64,000 nucleotides of DNA from Corallochytrium limacisporum Hawaii (Eukaryota > Protista > Pluriformea), in assembly GCA_002811645.1 (NCBI GenBank), contig PDIP01000103.1:1-64000 (forward strand), given 5' to 3'. This document shows, one piece after another, positions 1 through 10,752 of this stretch; position 1 is the first letter of the stretch, and each line of letters starts with the position of its first letter. Position numbers and translations under genes: made by a program. The notes beneath the pieces are model-generated. The model saw only the letters and a program-made list of their open reading frames with translations, made no database searches and was not told where the DNA came from.

Positions 1-42
1 AACCTGAACCTGAACCTGAACCTGAACCTGAACCTGAACCTG
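1..42 (+). repeat. Telomeric repeat array (AACCTG)7, G-strand unit TTCAGG
   Basis: Seven perfect hexamers starting at base 1. The C-rich strand runs 5'->3' into the contig, as expected at a left chromosome end. Followed by a degenerate ACCCTTAG. Confidence 0.85.
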
Positions 43-756
43 ACCCTTAGAAGACTTGCATAAGGAAAATCGGAGCGCCATGAGTGTTCATCGGAGAGGA
101 GGAGAAATATTTTTTCAATATTAATTATGCCCATATCGGAATCAACAAGCCAAGGGGCAGCCCAACCCGACTCACAAGTGGATCAAGTATGGTTAGCAAG
201 AAAGTGCGCAAGCAAGAAATTGTGTGGTGCCCAGAGTACGCACCCGGGTGTATGTGTATAAACGTGCAGAGAAGAGTTGTCCTTCTTGCACCGGCATGAT
301 GTATTTGCTGATTGGGTTACATATCCCTATCGAACAATTTAATAAATGCTATGCTTTTTCATGTTACGGAGGAAACGGGGATCGAAACTTCCAAAGCAGA
401 AGAGTGACTTACCGTCACCCGAATTAGAAAGGAAAGCGAGAGTATTATCCTAGGGGGTGAAATCCGAACAGCCTAGCAAAGTTGCTAGAAGCGCCCTGGG
501 CAAACCGGAATTCAAGAAGTGATCAAAGGAGTTTTGAATCATAATATACTTCAGTGCTGTACTTCAATAAATATCACATTATTCCTCTGTAACAAATAAG
601 CCATGACGGGTATACCACGGTCTATAATCTGACATCATGTCCACCCAAGTATTTGAGGGCACGAATGATAACACATCTACAGTGATCACCACAGAGATAA
701 ATAACAATACCTCCACCTAACATCAAGGAAACAATTTTCACAAACAGAAACTCACC

Positions 757-1362
757 ATGGTGGCCTCTGTGATCCCCAAGATCGGTGCACTCTTGTGTAG
801 CTCTGTCGGCGCTGGCTTGCTGATGAACTCTGGATTGTTTCAACTCAGTCATAAGTCCCTAGAGACAACCGACCAAACGATCATATACTCTGTTCCCCAA
901 GTTCTCACTCAGGGACAGACAACAATCTTAACTGGTTTGGCAATCGGAAATGTTTTAGGTAGCGTTATGGCTGTCCTCTTTCTTCTTGTAATTATCAAAC
1001 CTGCGGAATCTAACCCCTTCATGTTCCTGTTCCTGAACTCAATTTTCTCTTTTTTATGGACCATTGTCATGGTGGTACTGGCAGGTACCTACCTTAGTCA
1101 GTTTCACAAGAAACTTCCGACTGTTAAGAGCTCGTCAGGTTTTGTTTCCCCTAAGATATCTCTCATCACAATCTTCAATAGCAGCTTCCCGGACAGTTCC
1201 ATATATTCCAGCGTTGCCGTGTTCACCTTTATTGCCGCGTTCTGCTGGTTATGTGACTTTATTATGTGCTGCGTCTATCAAACTAGAAAGGCTAAAACAT
1301 CTAAAACCGATGATTCCAGGACGCAAACCAGTACAGCGGGCCTAGAACTCATGACAGTGTAG
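757..1362 (+). CDS. Orphan four-TM membrane protein (MARVEL/tetraspan-like topology), 201 aa
   Basis: ATG in CACCATGG context. Four hydrophobic segments (IGALLCSSVGAGLLM, LAIGNVLGSVMAVLFLLVII, FLFLNSIFSFLWTIVMVVLAG, VAVFTFIAAFCWLCDFIMCCV) and a basic cytosolic tail. Confidence 0.7.
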   Translation: MVASVIPKIGALLCSSVGAGLLMNSGLFQLSHKSLETTDQTIIYSVPQVLTQGQTTILTGLAIGNVLGSVMAVLFLLVIIKPAESNPFMFLFLNSIFSFLWTIVMVVLAGTYLSQFHKKLPTVKSSSGFVSPKISLITIFNSSFPDSSIYSSVAVFTFIAAFCWLCDFIMCCVYQTRKAKTSKTDDSRTQTSTAGLELMTV

Positions 1363-1767
1363 GTTGTTTTAGATCGGTAACGCATCCTCCCTGAACCATC
1401 TACCGCTATGGAATGCTTTTAAGTGTTACTCGCTCCGCATTGACCGATATGGGTTCGCAATCTTAAATCAATAATCTATAGAATGGCCTCCATTTCGAAC
1501 TCAGAATGATATCTAACAAGAAACCGACGCAACCCGTATAGCTCACCGGCAATACCCTTTTCCCCTTTCGTCCGAATGAGTACCACGGTACGTCACCATT
1601 GAGCCTACCCGATACAGCTGCTGCAGAGTGTGTTCTTGGAAGCATCGACATCCCGTTTGCAGGCCGCACAGATGTCAGGAAAAATCAAAGTGAGTGACAG
1701 CAGAAGCTGTAACACATCAGTTGTACGCAGTACCGCATAAAGGCCTTATAGTCACTGACGCCCAAAG

Positions 1768-1775
1768 TATTTAAA
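1768..1775 (+). promoter_or_regulatory. TATA-like element upstream of the Cys-rich secreted gene
   Basis: TATTTAAA about 115 bp upstream of the ATG at 1889. Confidence 0.3.
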
Positions 1776-1888
1776 GGTGTATTGCGCGCCTACATCAACT
1801 TCATAACCATAATCAACTAATTTTAAACTAATTAGCTTTCGACATTGCCCATAGCATTGATCGATCAGCAAACCTGTCCCTGTTCATC

Positions 1889-2299
1889 ATGAAATCGTTC
1901 ATTCTTGTAGGCCTCAGTGCCATTGCTGGTATGGCAGCTGCGTCCCCTGCCAAGTGCCAGCAGCCCGAGTCGTGCACAATTGCTACTGAATGCTGTGACA
2001 ACGAACCGTTCCTCATGACCTGCGTCCAGTCCAAAGAAGGGAACTGTGTTGCATACAACCTCAATGGCAATCCCCGTAGGATCAACGATCCATGTGATGA
2101 CAACAGCGACTGTATGTCACAGTGGTGCCAGAATGGCTTCTTCGCTCCCAACCTCGTCAATATGAATCCACCAGCTCTTGACGACGGCGAAGACTGCTTG
2201 TGGGACTTTTCTTGCAAGGGAGGCTGGTGTGCCCCAGCTCCGGGTGACTCTGGCGTGTGCAAAGACCGCGCCCTCTCTGACGATCCCCCCAAGTGGTAA
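1889..2299 (+). CDS. Small secreted Cys-rich protein (knottin-like module plus two C-x5-C-x4-C modules), 136 aa
   Basis: Signal peptide MKSFILVGLSAIAGMAAA. 13 Cys; the first six form C-x5-C-x5-CC-x8-C-x7-C. Then CDDNSDCMSQWC and CLWDFSCKGGWC. Confidence 0.85.
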   Translation: MKSFILVGLSAIAGMAAASPAKCQQPESCTIATECCDNEPFLMTCVQSKEGNCVAYNLNGNPRRINDPCDDNSDCMSQWCQNGFFAPNLVNMNPPALDDGEDCLWDFSCKGGWCAPAPGDSGVCKDRALSDDPPKW

Positions 2300-3665
2300 A
2301 TGGTTTGAGACAATAGAACCCGCCGTTGTATTGGTTTAACCTCTGAGACATCCAATTCTGCCCTTCTTCTTGTAAAACAGGTGTTCATTGTTCACGATAT
2401 GTGACACATCTCGAAGAGCACGGCTTGCAAGTTGCTCTTGACCCCATCGTCGAGTCTTGGGAATGCGTGCCAGGTCCCCCCACGGCTCCTCGCCGTTTCT
2501 CAACTCGCCCGTTCTGGGTCAGAATAACTCAATAAATCTCTAAGTTGGTGGGTGTCACAGAAATTTCCAGCCCAAAGTACAGCCAGCTTTTGGAGCCATC
2601 ACCGCCCGTTGCTGCATAATACCACGTATGTTCGTCCTGTGCTCCCATTTGTACATCGATTGCTCGCGATTTGGACAACCACCCACCCCATGTGAATTTG
2701 CCAGTATGTCCCAGCATTGAACAAGAAGTTGCCGCTGCCTTGTCCTCCATTGAATCCAATATACGAATAAGGAAAGGGGATCCAGCACCATTGTATAACC
2801 CAAAGGGTATTCTATTCTGTTAGTTTCCATCCCTAAGATTCGGATTTTTTTGAGACTCCCCAATAAAAATATGTGGACGGATGTTTTAGACAATGATTCA
2901 GAAGAAAAGCCATGCCATGAGACCCTACCAAGAGAGAGGAAGAATTCTGCGGTCGCCAACTGCTGATATCCACCGAAATTTCCTGCGCCGTTGGCATTCT
3001 CGTTGTTACAGTCGGTGATTCCATGCAAGTAGGCAGCGATGGACATTCTCACCAAAAGCGAACACCATTGAAATCTATACCCGGGTTTCTTGCAGGATGA
3101 TCGTATGCATGCTGATAAATCAGATTTCTCCTTGCATTGCGCCAGAACTATTGAAACTGGTTTTCGCTAAGGCGCACTCGGTTTCTACGGTCGGGTAGCA
3201 GCAGCAGGTATGCGATATATTACCAATATCCCTACATTGGCCACTTGCAAGCCCCTCCATAGTCAAAACCCTTACAGAGGAGATTGGTATAGGACAACTG
3301 ATGGCGGCATGAAGATCGGGGAGCATGCCATCAGACACCACACCGCAAGCAACGGTAAGGCCTCCGATATAGACTTCCCCAGCTCAGTAGAGAATTAAGG
3401 AAGCCGGGTTCGGCTACCGATGAATGCTTTCTGAACAAACTGGAATGAGTATATTGTCTTCTCTCCGCCCCCGAAACCGTCAGTCGCCCAGGTTTCCAGG
3501 CGAGCCCCATGTCCCGGACAAAGTCCAGGCTTTAGAAATGACTTTAGCGGTATCAGGATTCAATATCAGTAATAGAGAGTGTCTTTTCACAAGATGAACG
3601 CTGCCGTAGACTTCAAAATCAGTGGATGCTTGGCCTTACCTAAAGACTTTCACATTCGAAGGCAT

Positions 3666-5207
3666 TCAGCAAGTACGTTTGATTGTGTACATATGACCTG
3701 CTTCGTCTGCAGGCTCATACTGAGTACAAACATCGGCAATAATCAGAGACGTGAGATCAAAATTGTCATTTGCTGCCGAACCTCGTGCGCTCTGACTACT
3801 GCAACCCCTCATGAGCGGATACTTCATGGACATCTCTCTGTCACAGACGTTGCTGTGACGGTCTTCCTCGGTCATATTGGTGATGTCGCAGCCCCAAATT
3901 TCCATGAATAGGGAACCAGCATTGCCTTCTGCCACTCCGTTTGCTGATGTATGGATCAGGCTGTTAACAAACGTGTCCGACCACTCTGCGCCGATAACAT
4001 CTTTCGCCAACTTAACCACATTCAAGATTTTCGCTGGGGTAGTATAGTGTCCGTACCACACAAGATCACGCACAGAGTCTGAATAGTCGCCATTCTGGTT
4101 CTTCCGCAAGGGTGTATATTGCTTGCCCCAGCCCTGGACATGAAATTGGAGTCCGGCATAGTTCTCATTCCATACAGCCTCACCGGTATAGAATATGTCA
4201 ACATTGACTTCATCGACAGACAGAGATATGTTCACAAGAGCATTGTCCGGCACCTGTACGGTAGCCGAATACTCATATGCTTGTGAGGACTCATGGCTGC
4301 TGCTTTCTTCGCTTCCGAAAGCCTGGCTCGAAGTTTCCTCTATGCCCATGGTGAAACTAGAGCTGACCTCAGAGCTAAAAGCACCCATTTCGAATTCTGC
4401 ACTGGCTCCAAGACTCCATTCATTACTCTTAGTTACACTGTCAGCAACCTGGCAAGAAGAGAAGGATGTGAAGGTTTGTGTCATGGTCTCTTCGTACAAA
4501 AAAGAGCTTGGTATGCAGGTGTTCAAGTTGTTTTCGAGTAGGAACGATTTGGGAGCGCCAAATTCGCGATCTGATTGAACTGACCACAGGGCTGACTTGA
4601 GGGAAACTGGGGAGTTTGCCAACTCCAAAATGGCATTCAGATCAGTTCCTGTATAGTCATCAGGAAATGCAACATATTTCGGGACAAAGTTTTTGTCATC
4701 ATCAGATCCCTCGACACACTTTCCCTTCATGGTCACGTTAGGGAAATCCTTTGGAAAGAGATCGTGCAAGGCATTCATCCAAGCATCCCGACGCTCTTTG
4801 TTCTCAGGAGTTTCAGGTACGAAATACGGCGCCATCAGGACGGGGCAAGTCACAGCATTAAGCTTGTAAAGCAAGCTCCTCCAAGGACTCCACACTTTGT
4901 CATGTTTCGACGGAACGGCAAAGTTGCCCATTCGAGGACTCATGTAATTTTCAAAGTCGGTTCCCAGTCTTGCGACTTCTTTAGCCAAGACCTGGATGTC
5001 GACAACGCCACCAATGATAGCGTCCTTGAACGAGTCCGGGATATCTTCTTCCCAGAACGAAAGATCGGCTTCCCAATCGGTGAAATCAGGATCCTCCTCG
5101 TTCTCACATGCACCTCCAGCACTGCGTGATGTCATGGGATAAGCAGAAACCATGGCCATACCAAGCACAATGGCCGCAAGTCTAGAGGCGTGCTTCATAG
5201 TTTTCAT
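3666..5207 (-). CDS. Secreted aerolysin/ETX-MTX2-like beta-pore-forming protein, paralog A, 513 aa
   Basis: Signal peptide MKHASRLAAIVLGMAMVSA. S/T-rich strands flank an amphipathic hairpin (NEWSLGASAEFEMGAFSSEVSSSFTMG), followed by VQVPDNALVNISLSVDEVNVDIFYTG. Aligns along its length with 7728-9563. Confidence 0.75.
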   Translation of the reverse strand: MKTMKHASRLAAIVLGMAMVSAYPMTSRSAGGACENEEDPDFTDWEADLSFWEEDIPDSFKDAIIGGVVDIQVLAKEVARLGTDFENYMSPRMGNFAVPSKHDKVWSPWRSLLYKLNAVTCPVLMAPYFVPETPENKERRDAWMNALHDLFPKDFPNVTMKGKCVEGSDDDKNFVPKYVAFPDDYTGTDLNAILELANSPVSLKSALWSVQSDREFGAPKSFLLENNLNTCIPSSFLYEETMTQTFTSFSSCQVADSVTKSNEWSLGASAEFEMGAFSSEVSSSFTMGIEETSSQAFGSEESSSHESSQAYEYSATVQVPDNALVNISLSVDEVNVDIFYTGEAVWNENYAGLQFHVQGWGKQYTPLRKNQNGDYSDSVRDLVWYGHYTTPAKILNVVKLAKDVIGAEWSDTFVNSLIHTSANGVAEGNAGSLFMEIWGCDITNMTEEDRHSNVCDREMSMKYPLMRGCSSQSARGSAANDNFDLTSLIIADVCTQYEPADEAGHMYTIKRTC

Positions 5208-5350
5208 GATTAAGTATTAAGTTTCGTTTCAGAATTGTTTGCACGAAATACAAGTTTTACTCAGGCTTGAGAACCAAAGTTGGTCAGATTGACGATATGA
5301 GCCTTGATCAGATCGATCATTGACGCCAGCCTTTCATGAACCTAGGCGCC

Positions 5351-5358
5351 CTTTTATA
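5351..5358 (-). promoter_or_regulatory. TATA box of paralog A
   Basis: Minus strand reads TATAAAAG about 145 bp upstream of the ATG at 5207. Confidence 0.5.
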
Positions 5359-6661
5359 GGCGAATGGGCAAATTTTCTTTCGGGCTGCATGTTGAATCGC
5401 GAAGTCGCAATGTGTACTCTCATATTCATTCCGAAAGAAACAATTGTATAGCAGGGACATTGGAATGCTGTGTACTACGTAAAAAGGTCTCGTCATTCAG
5501 TTGACACCAAGCAGTAAGGCAGAAGTGGCTTGAGTCCAGACCAGTCGATTTCACAAGGCAGTGTACTACAGGACCGACACCATGGCAGCCACAATTGCCA
5601 TTCTTGGAAGATCTGATGACGGCGATAGACGACCCACCGATTGCACAAATCTGACCCGTGTGTTGCCGAGCCTTTGGACCAACTCCTCCTCCCCCAAACC
5701 CCCCCAGAGGGGGGGGTTGTATTGGTCTTCATTCCACTGCCAAACTATTCTTATCGGTATCCCCCTTCCATAAAGGGCCGGGTGGAGGTAGGAAGAACAA
5801 ACACGGGACCTCCGCGTAGGGGAAGCTTCCGGGTCAGGATACGAAAACAGTACCTCAAGTACATTTGCTATGGAATTTATTGACAGCAGAGGACCCAATC
5901 GCCGACAGGAATCTTTGTGGTAGTAGCTATCCCTAAGCAAAGAAGACGGGACATGAAGAACGGTTAGCTGTTACATACAACAATCGTCGTAAACCGCATG
6001 GGTACAATCTCATAGACGACTAAGAAATTGGACTCTAAGACTCATAATTTCACTATTGACGTCAAATTTTCCTCTAGAAAACATGTCAAACTACGACAAT
6101 TTAACCGCAAATTGTTTGGTTGACTTAAGAAACCACAACGATGTGGCCAACGAGACCACACACCAAGGCACCAGTATCCTCACGAGTTGTACACACCATA
6201 GTGAGAACCAGGGTGCCAAGAGTGCATACCAAAGTGAAGCTTACAAAAATGCAGTCCATTGTGTCCTCTGCTGGCACACTCACCTAAGAAGAATTGTCCT
6301 GTTTGGTTACAGCAATAATGATCATCGGAGTCTTGTGGACAGTCCGCGATGGTATGTGCATCATCGGCAATGTACAAGACCATCGAAGTAGAGAAAAGAA
6401 CATCTTGGTTCTGCAATGGTTTTCTAATATCCCAATGGTGCATACTGGAACTTTAACAAAATCTTCTTCCGTCGTACGAAGGACGAAAGAACAACAGATC
6501 ATGCATCCTTTCTGTCCTCGTATACATGTGGTGTCGGGTCTGACTTTTCCTGTGCTTTTCACATTGACGATTTATGACGCACTTAACATAGACAAATCAA
6601 CGAGGGTTCGCTAGTAGAGGACACGCGCCAATGGGTTCTTCCTCATTGGGACGGAGAATAG

Positions 6662-7016
6662 TAGTTTGATCGCTGGACCCAGGTGAAGCCTTCATGGTCA
6701 GGTGAGAATTCTCCGCCTTGTTATTCTTTGACCTCAGAACGTATTGTATACGCATACTACGATCTATCAATCCGTCATACATTACAGAACACTGTACACC
6801 CAAGATAGAAAGAACACTGGCCATGCTGATGTAGAGCTTCCTCGCGCAAAACTAGTTTGGCCGCGCTACCCAGGTGCGGCCAACATTCTCAGATGAGCCT
6901 CTCTGCCTTGTTGCTCTTCGAAATCAGAGTGTATTGTATACTCATAGTTCAAGGCTAGCAATCCGTCATACATCACAGAACACTGAACGCCTTAGATGAG
7001 AAGAACCTTCGACATG
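6662..7016. repeat. Diverged ~190-bp tandem duplication (possible pseudogene remnant)
   Basis: The blocks cccaggtg, gccttgtt, gtattgtatac, caatccgtcatacat and acagaacactg each occur twice about 190 bp apart. Both copies encode GVQCSVMYDGL on the minus strand, with stops or frameshifts. Confidence 0.7.
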
Positions 7017-7727
7017 AAGCAACTCTGTTAGCACAAATTCGCCACATCCTTGGTGCTACGCTGGACGTGTTCTTTGGCACTATACAATCAAGAAATCATT
7101 CAAATGTCTGGCATCTCATGTGTATACCCGGCCATCTGTATAATACGTAGGTCTACAAGAAATGTCTGGAACTTTGCCCCATTAGTCGATCCCTCACACG
7201 TCACAGACATGGCGGCGGCGCTGCTTGAACCGCTCGTGACAGCGCTATCTCTCGCTGCAGATGGTAATTTCCGTGCGGTTTAGTAGAGGTGAACTCTTCA
7301 ACCTCAAGCCGATTTACCCGATTAGTTCTGAAGTTCCCCCAAGACCAAGTGACAGGGGGGGGGGAGGCCCTTTAAATATCCACCTCGGCGCAGGAACATC
7401 TTGATCAACTCACGGAGAAACACTTCATGTTTAGGGCAGTCCTAAGGTCAAGTCTCAGCAAGGCGAAGAAGACATTACTATCAAGTAGCCAATAGAAAAT
7501 ACAATTTCTTGCAGAAGCCAAAACGGACTGAAACTTAGACTCGATATTTGCGCTTGCATTGCGATGCCGTGCCATGCCATGTTACCGATGCCCAGCTCAG
7601 GTATATATACCGCACGGTCTAGGGATCTCTCTGATCCCAAAATATCATTCATGGGCGCCCAGATCAGTGTATCCAAGTTCCTATATCCTACTGACCTCTC
7701 CTTGTCCCTTTGGTATTTACCCCAACC

Positions 7728-9563
7728 ATGAGATGTTTTGCTTTGGAAACCAACAAGCAATTGCTGGCCTTGCTCTTGGTGGCTCTGCCTCATACCATGG
7801 GCCATCCATTGCACGAGCGTGAAATTGAAGAGTCATGCTTGTACAGCTACTGCGAGGAAAACGAAAAGTCAGCGAATGGAGAACCAATCGACCCGCTCAA
7901 ACCTTTGCTCTGTGGAGGACACTACGGCACAGGGTTTTACCGCACTAACTCCACTGGATGGGACGGCAACCTGTTGCCCATGCGAGACCAAATCAATGCC
8001 GTTAATGGCCATCTCATAATTGAGGACATGGCCAAAGAAGTTCAACAAATGGGTAGTGATTTTGAAGACTACATGGCACCCAAACTGGGTGACTTCACAA
8101 TTATGAAGGATGGCAAGATTAACCCTTGGGATACCCTGTTGTACAAGCTCAATGCAGTTGCCAGTCCAGCTCTGATGGCACCGTTCTATGTCGAACGCAA
8201 ATCTGAGAATGAAGGAGACTGGGATGCGTGGTATGATAGCTTGATTGACATGTTCCCGCACGGGCTCATGGACGATAACGGCAATGATCAGAAAGAATTG
8301 TGTGCTCGCGATTCCAGTAAAGACGGCATCCGCTATGTCTCATTTCCTGCGTATCACTTCAAGAGCTCCCAAGGTGATTCCAACCGTAACTTTGAATTCC
8401 AGGAACCCTTTGAGATCGTTTCCCGCGTCTGGCAAGCAAGTGCCGAGCTTCACAAAGGCTCGCCGCGAGAACTAATCATGGTAAACAACTTCCATGTGGG
8501 ATGCCAAGAGGGCTCTCTCGCGTACGAGGAATCTGTCATCAAGACTTCCACTGCATCCTCTTCATATGAGTACGAATCTAGCATCACACGTTCCAGCGAA
8601 TTTGAAATGAGCGCCTCCGTTTCCTACGAGATGGAACTTGGTTTCGGTCTAGGAGTGTCTCCGACTTTCAAAACAACAGTTGAAACAGGCCTCAAAAACG
8701 GACTTGAGAGCACCTCTTCCGAGGCTTTCGGTGGAGGGGAATCGTATACTGAGGCAGAAGAAACTCTTGTGAGCTACGGACCCGTAGCAGCAGACTTGCC
8801 TCCACGTTCCGTTACAAACATTACCATGTACGCTGACCAGGTCATTGCGGACATGCACTACACTGGCGACGCTATCTTTGACGACGAATTTCTTGGACTT
8901 CAATTCTACATTGATGGATTTGGTGAAACCAGTGTCCGTCTCGACTCGTATGATGAAAAGGACATTAGGCAGGCCATCGAAGACAAACTCCTCACTACGC
9001 CGGCCAGGATTAAGGAAACGCTTAATCTTGCTGCCAAGGTCATCGGTGCCGAGTGGTCCCCAGCGTTCATAGATAACCTGGTGTCTGCCTCTGGCTCCGC
9101 GAACATTAGGAGCAAAGTGGGGGACAATGTGATGATGAAAGTGTACCAATGCAACCTCGATGATCTGGAAGCAAACGGCTATGTTGTTAACGGCCGTCCT
9201 AAGTGCGATGAGGAGCTTGCAACATTGTACCCAGTAGAACACGACTGTGATGGTAACCCACTTGAGACTGAGACTGAGACGGAGACTGAGACGGAGACTG
9301 AGACGGAGACCGAGACTGAGACGGAGACGGAGACTGAGACGGAGACTGAGACTGAGACGGAGACTGAGACTGAGACGGAGACTGAGACGGAGACGGAGAC
9401 TGAGACGGAGACTGAGACGGAGACTGAGACCGTGACTGAGACGCAGACGAAGCCCCCGAAGCCCCCGAAGGATGATCGGCCGTGGTGTTTCAAACGCCTC
9501 CCATCTTGCTTCAAATTCGAACTTATCACTACGTTCTCTTGGTACGTGCGCGATGACTGCTGA
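7728..9563 (+). CDS. Secreted aerolysin/ETX-MTX2-like beta-pore-forming protein, paralog B, with (TE)n stalk and short Cys-rich tail
   Basis: First ATG at 7728 (the track start at 7710 is TTG). Hydrophobic LLALLLVAL. Shares LLYKLNAV, YTG, TTPA and VIGAEWS blocks with paralog A. Hairpin EFEMSASVSYEMELGFGLGVSPTFKTTVETG, then DLPPRSVTNITMYADQVIADMHYTG. Confidence 0.75.
   Translation: MRCFALETNKQLLALLLVALPHTMGHPLHEREIEESCLYSYCEENEKSANGEPIDPLKPLLCGGHYGTGFYRTNSTGWDGNLLPMRDQINAVNGHLIIEDMAKEVQQMGSDFEDYMAPKLGDFTIMKDGKINPWDTLLYKLNAVASPALMAPFYVERKSENEGDWDAWYDSLIDMFPHGLMDDNGNDQKELCARDSSKDGIRYVSFPAYHFKSSQGDSNRNFEFQEPFEIVSRVWQASAELHKGSPRELIMVNNFHVGCQEGSLAYEESVIKTSTASSSYEYESSITRSSEFEMSASVSYEMELGFGLGVSPTFKTTVETGLKNGLESTSSEAFGGGESYTEAEETLVSYGPVAADLPPRSVTNITMYADQVIADMHYTGDAIFDDEFLGLQFYIDGFGETSVRLDSYDEKDIRQAIEDKLLTTPARIKETLNLAAKVIGAEWSPAFIDNLVSASGSANIRSKVGDNVMMKVYQCNLDDLEANGYVVNGRPKCDEELATLYPVEHDCDGNPLETETETETETETETETETETETETETETETETETETETETETETETETETETETETVTETQTKPPKPPKDDRPWCFKRLPSCFKFELITTFSWYVRDDC
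9264..9449 (+). repeat. Coding hexanucleotide repeat (GAGACT/GAGACG)n encoding poly-(Glu-Thr)
   Basis: About 30 tandem GAGACN units, in frame within the 7728-9563 ORF. Confidence 0.95.
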
Positions 9564-10752
9564 TCATGCACATTTCAAGACCTTGACTCTCTTAAAGGCA
9601 ATAACGTGTCGCACGTAGGGCGAACAGTTACCAGTGACAGCGGAATAGTTGTTGACTAATACATTCCTTGCACACCTGATTTTGTTTTCGACTTCTGGCT
9701 GGTTTCCCATACATACGCTGTCCGTCAAGGACCTCAATCATCGTGCTCCCGAGTAGACTTTCTGTAATGAATGCAAGCAGGGGTGCCACAGACACCGTAA
9801 TATTTCGAGAATTCTTAAAAGACTTTGATGGTGTCCACGTTTTCCGTGGTGCTTTCTCGTCCGGGGCGGCACACCACGTACGCGGTAGATAGCCCAGGCC
9901 AACAGGACCGGACAGAGACAGTGCCCTCTTCCGGATGCTCATCCCTTAATTTCTGTGCGCACGACGACCGGACGTGTTGAGATTCGAATGTCGGTTTCCC
10001 GGAGGAGCGTCGACAAGGTGCATGTTGCCGGACGCATTCAGTTTTCCGGGACGTCAAGCGTGCTCGAATACACGCTCGCAATGCGGTCTCTTGGGAATGT
10101 GGGGGAGAGGTGCAGGTGGCTTCAGAGAATCCATTTTCAGGGTGACAAGATGATACCTTAGTCGTTAATTTTCCAGCCTTCAATATTATGTGGGAACTCT
10201 CGCAACAGGGAGACTCTTTGCATAAGAAGCAACGCACTTGCACTGTGTACTACTCCTAATTGCGACTACCCAATAGATCCCCCGTTGAGCACCAAGGCAA
10301 TTGTCGTGCTTTTTGGCGCGACGCAAAGCGGCAATACCGGGGACACTAATTGATTCATGGTGACAGCAGGCGAAAATCAAGGAAATGAGCACTATTACCT
10401 AAAGAAGTGGAAAAGGAGCAGAACAAGCACCCACCAACTGCCAAGTGTATGGGACATTGGAAGAACCCTTGTGAGTCCACCCACGGTTGGGTGGTACCAG
10501 TACCACAGAACAGCGAGTGGAGCGGGAGAGAAAAAAAGAAAGGGGGTGGGGGCGGGAAGGAGGGGAAGGGACAGGGGAAGGGAGAGGGCAAGAGAACAAG
10601 GAGGCAGCAAGGGAAAAGGGCAGCTTGGGACTCAAGCCCCTGTATCGAGAGCTTACCTAGGTAGGTTTTGTCGGGTTCTAAGGGAAGGGGCGTCATGTTG
10701 CCCATGTTCGTTCCTTTAAACTGTCCCTATGGTTCTAGAGAGCGCTACGTTC

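Noticed and set aside
2400-3540. Fragmented minus-strand ORFs (2529-2759, 2555-3055, 3120-3341) as a pseudogene
   Set aside because: Somewhat protein-like, but I recognise no family and cannot join the frames.
9179-9571. Poly-SV antisense ORF and poly-R alternate-frame ORF
   Set aside because: Shadow frames of the (TE)n hexamer repeat.
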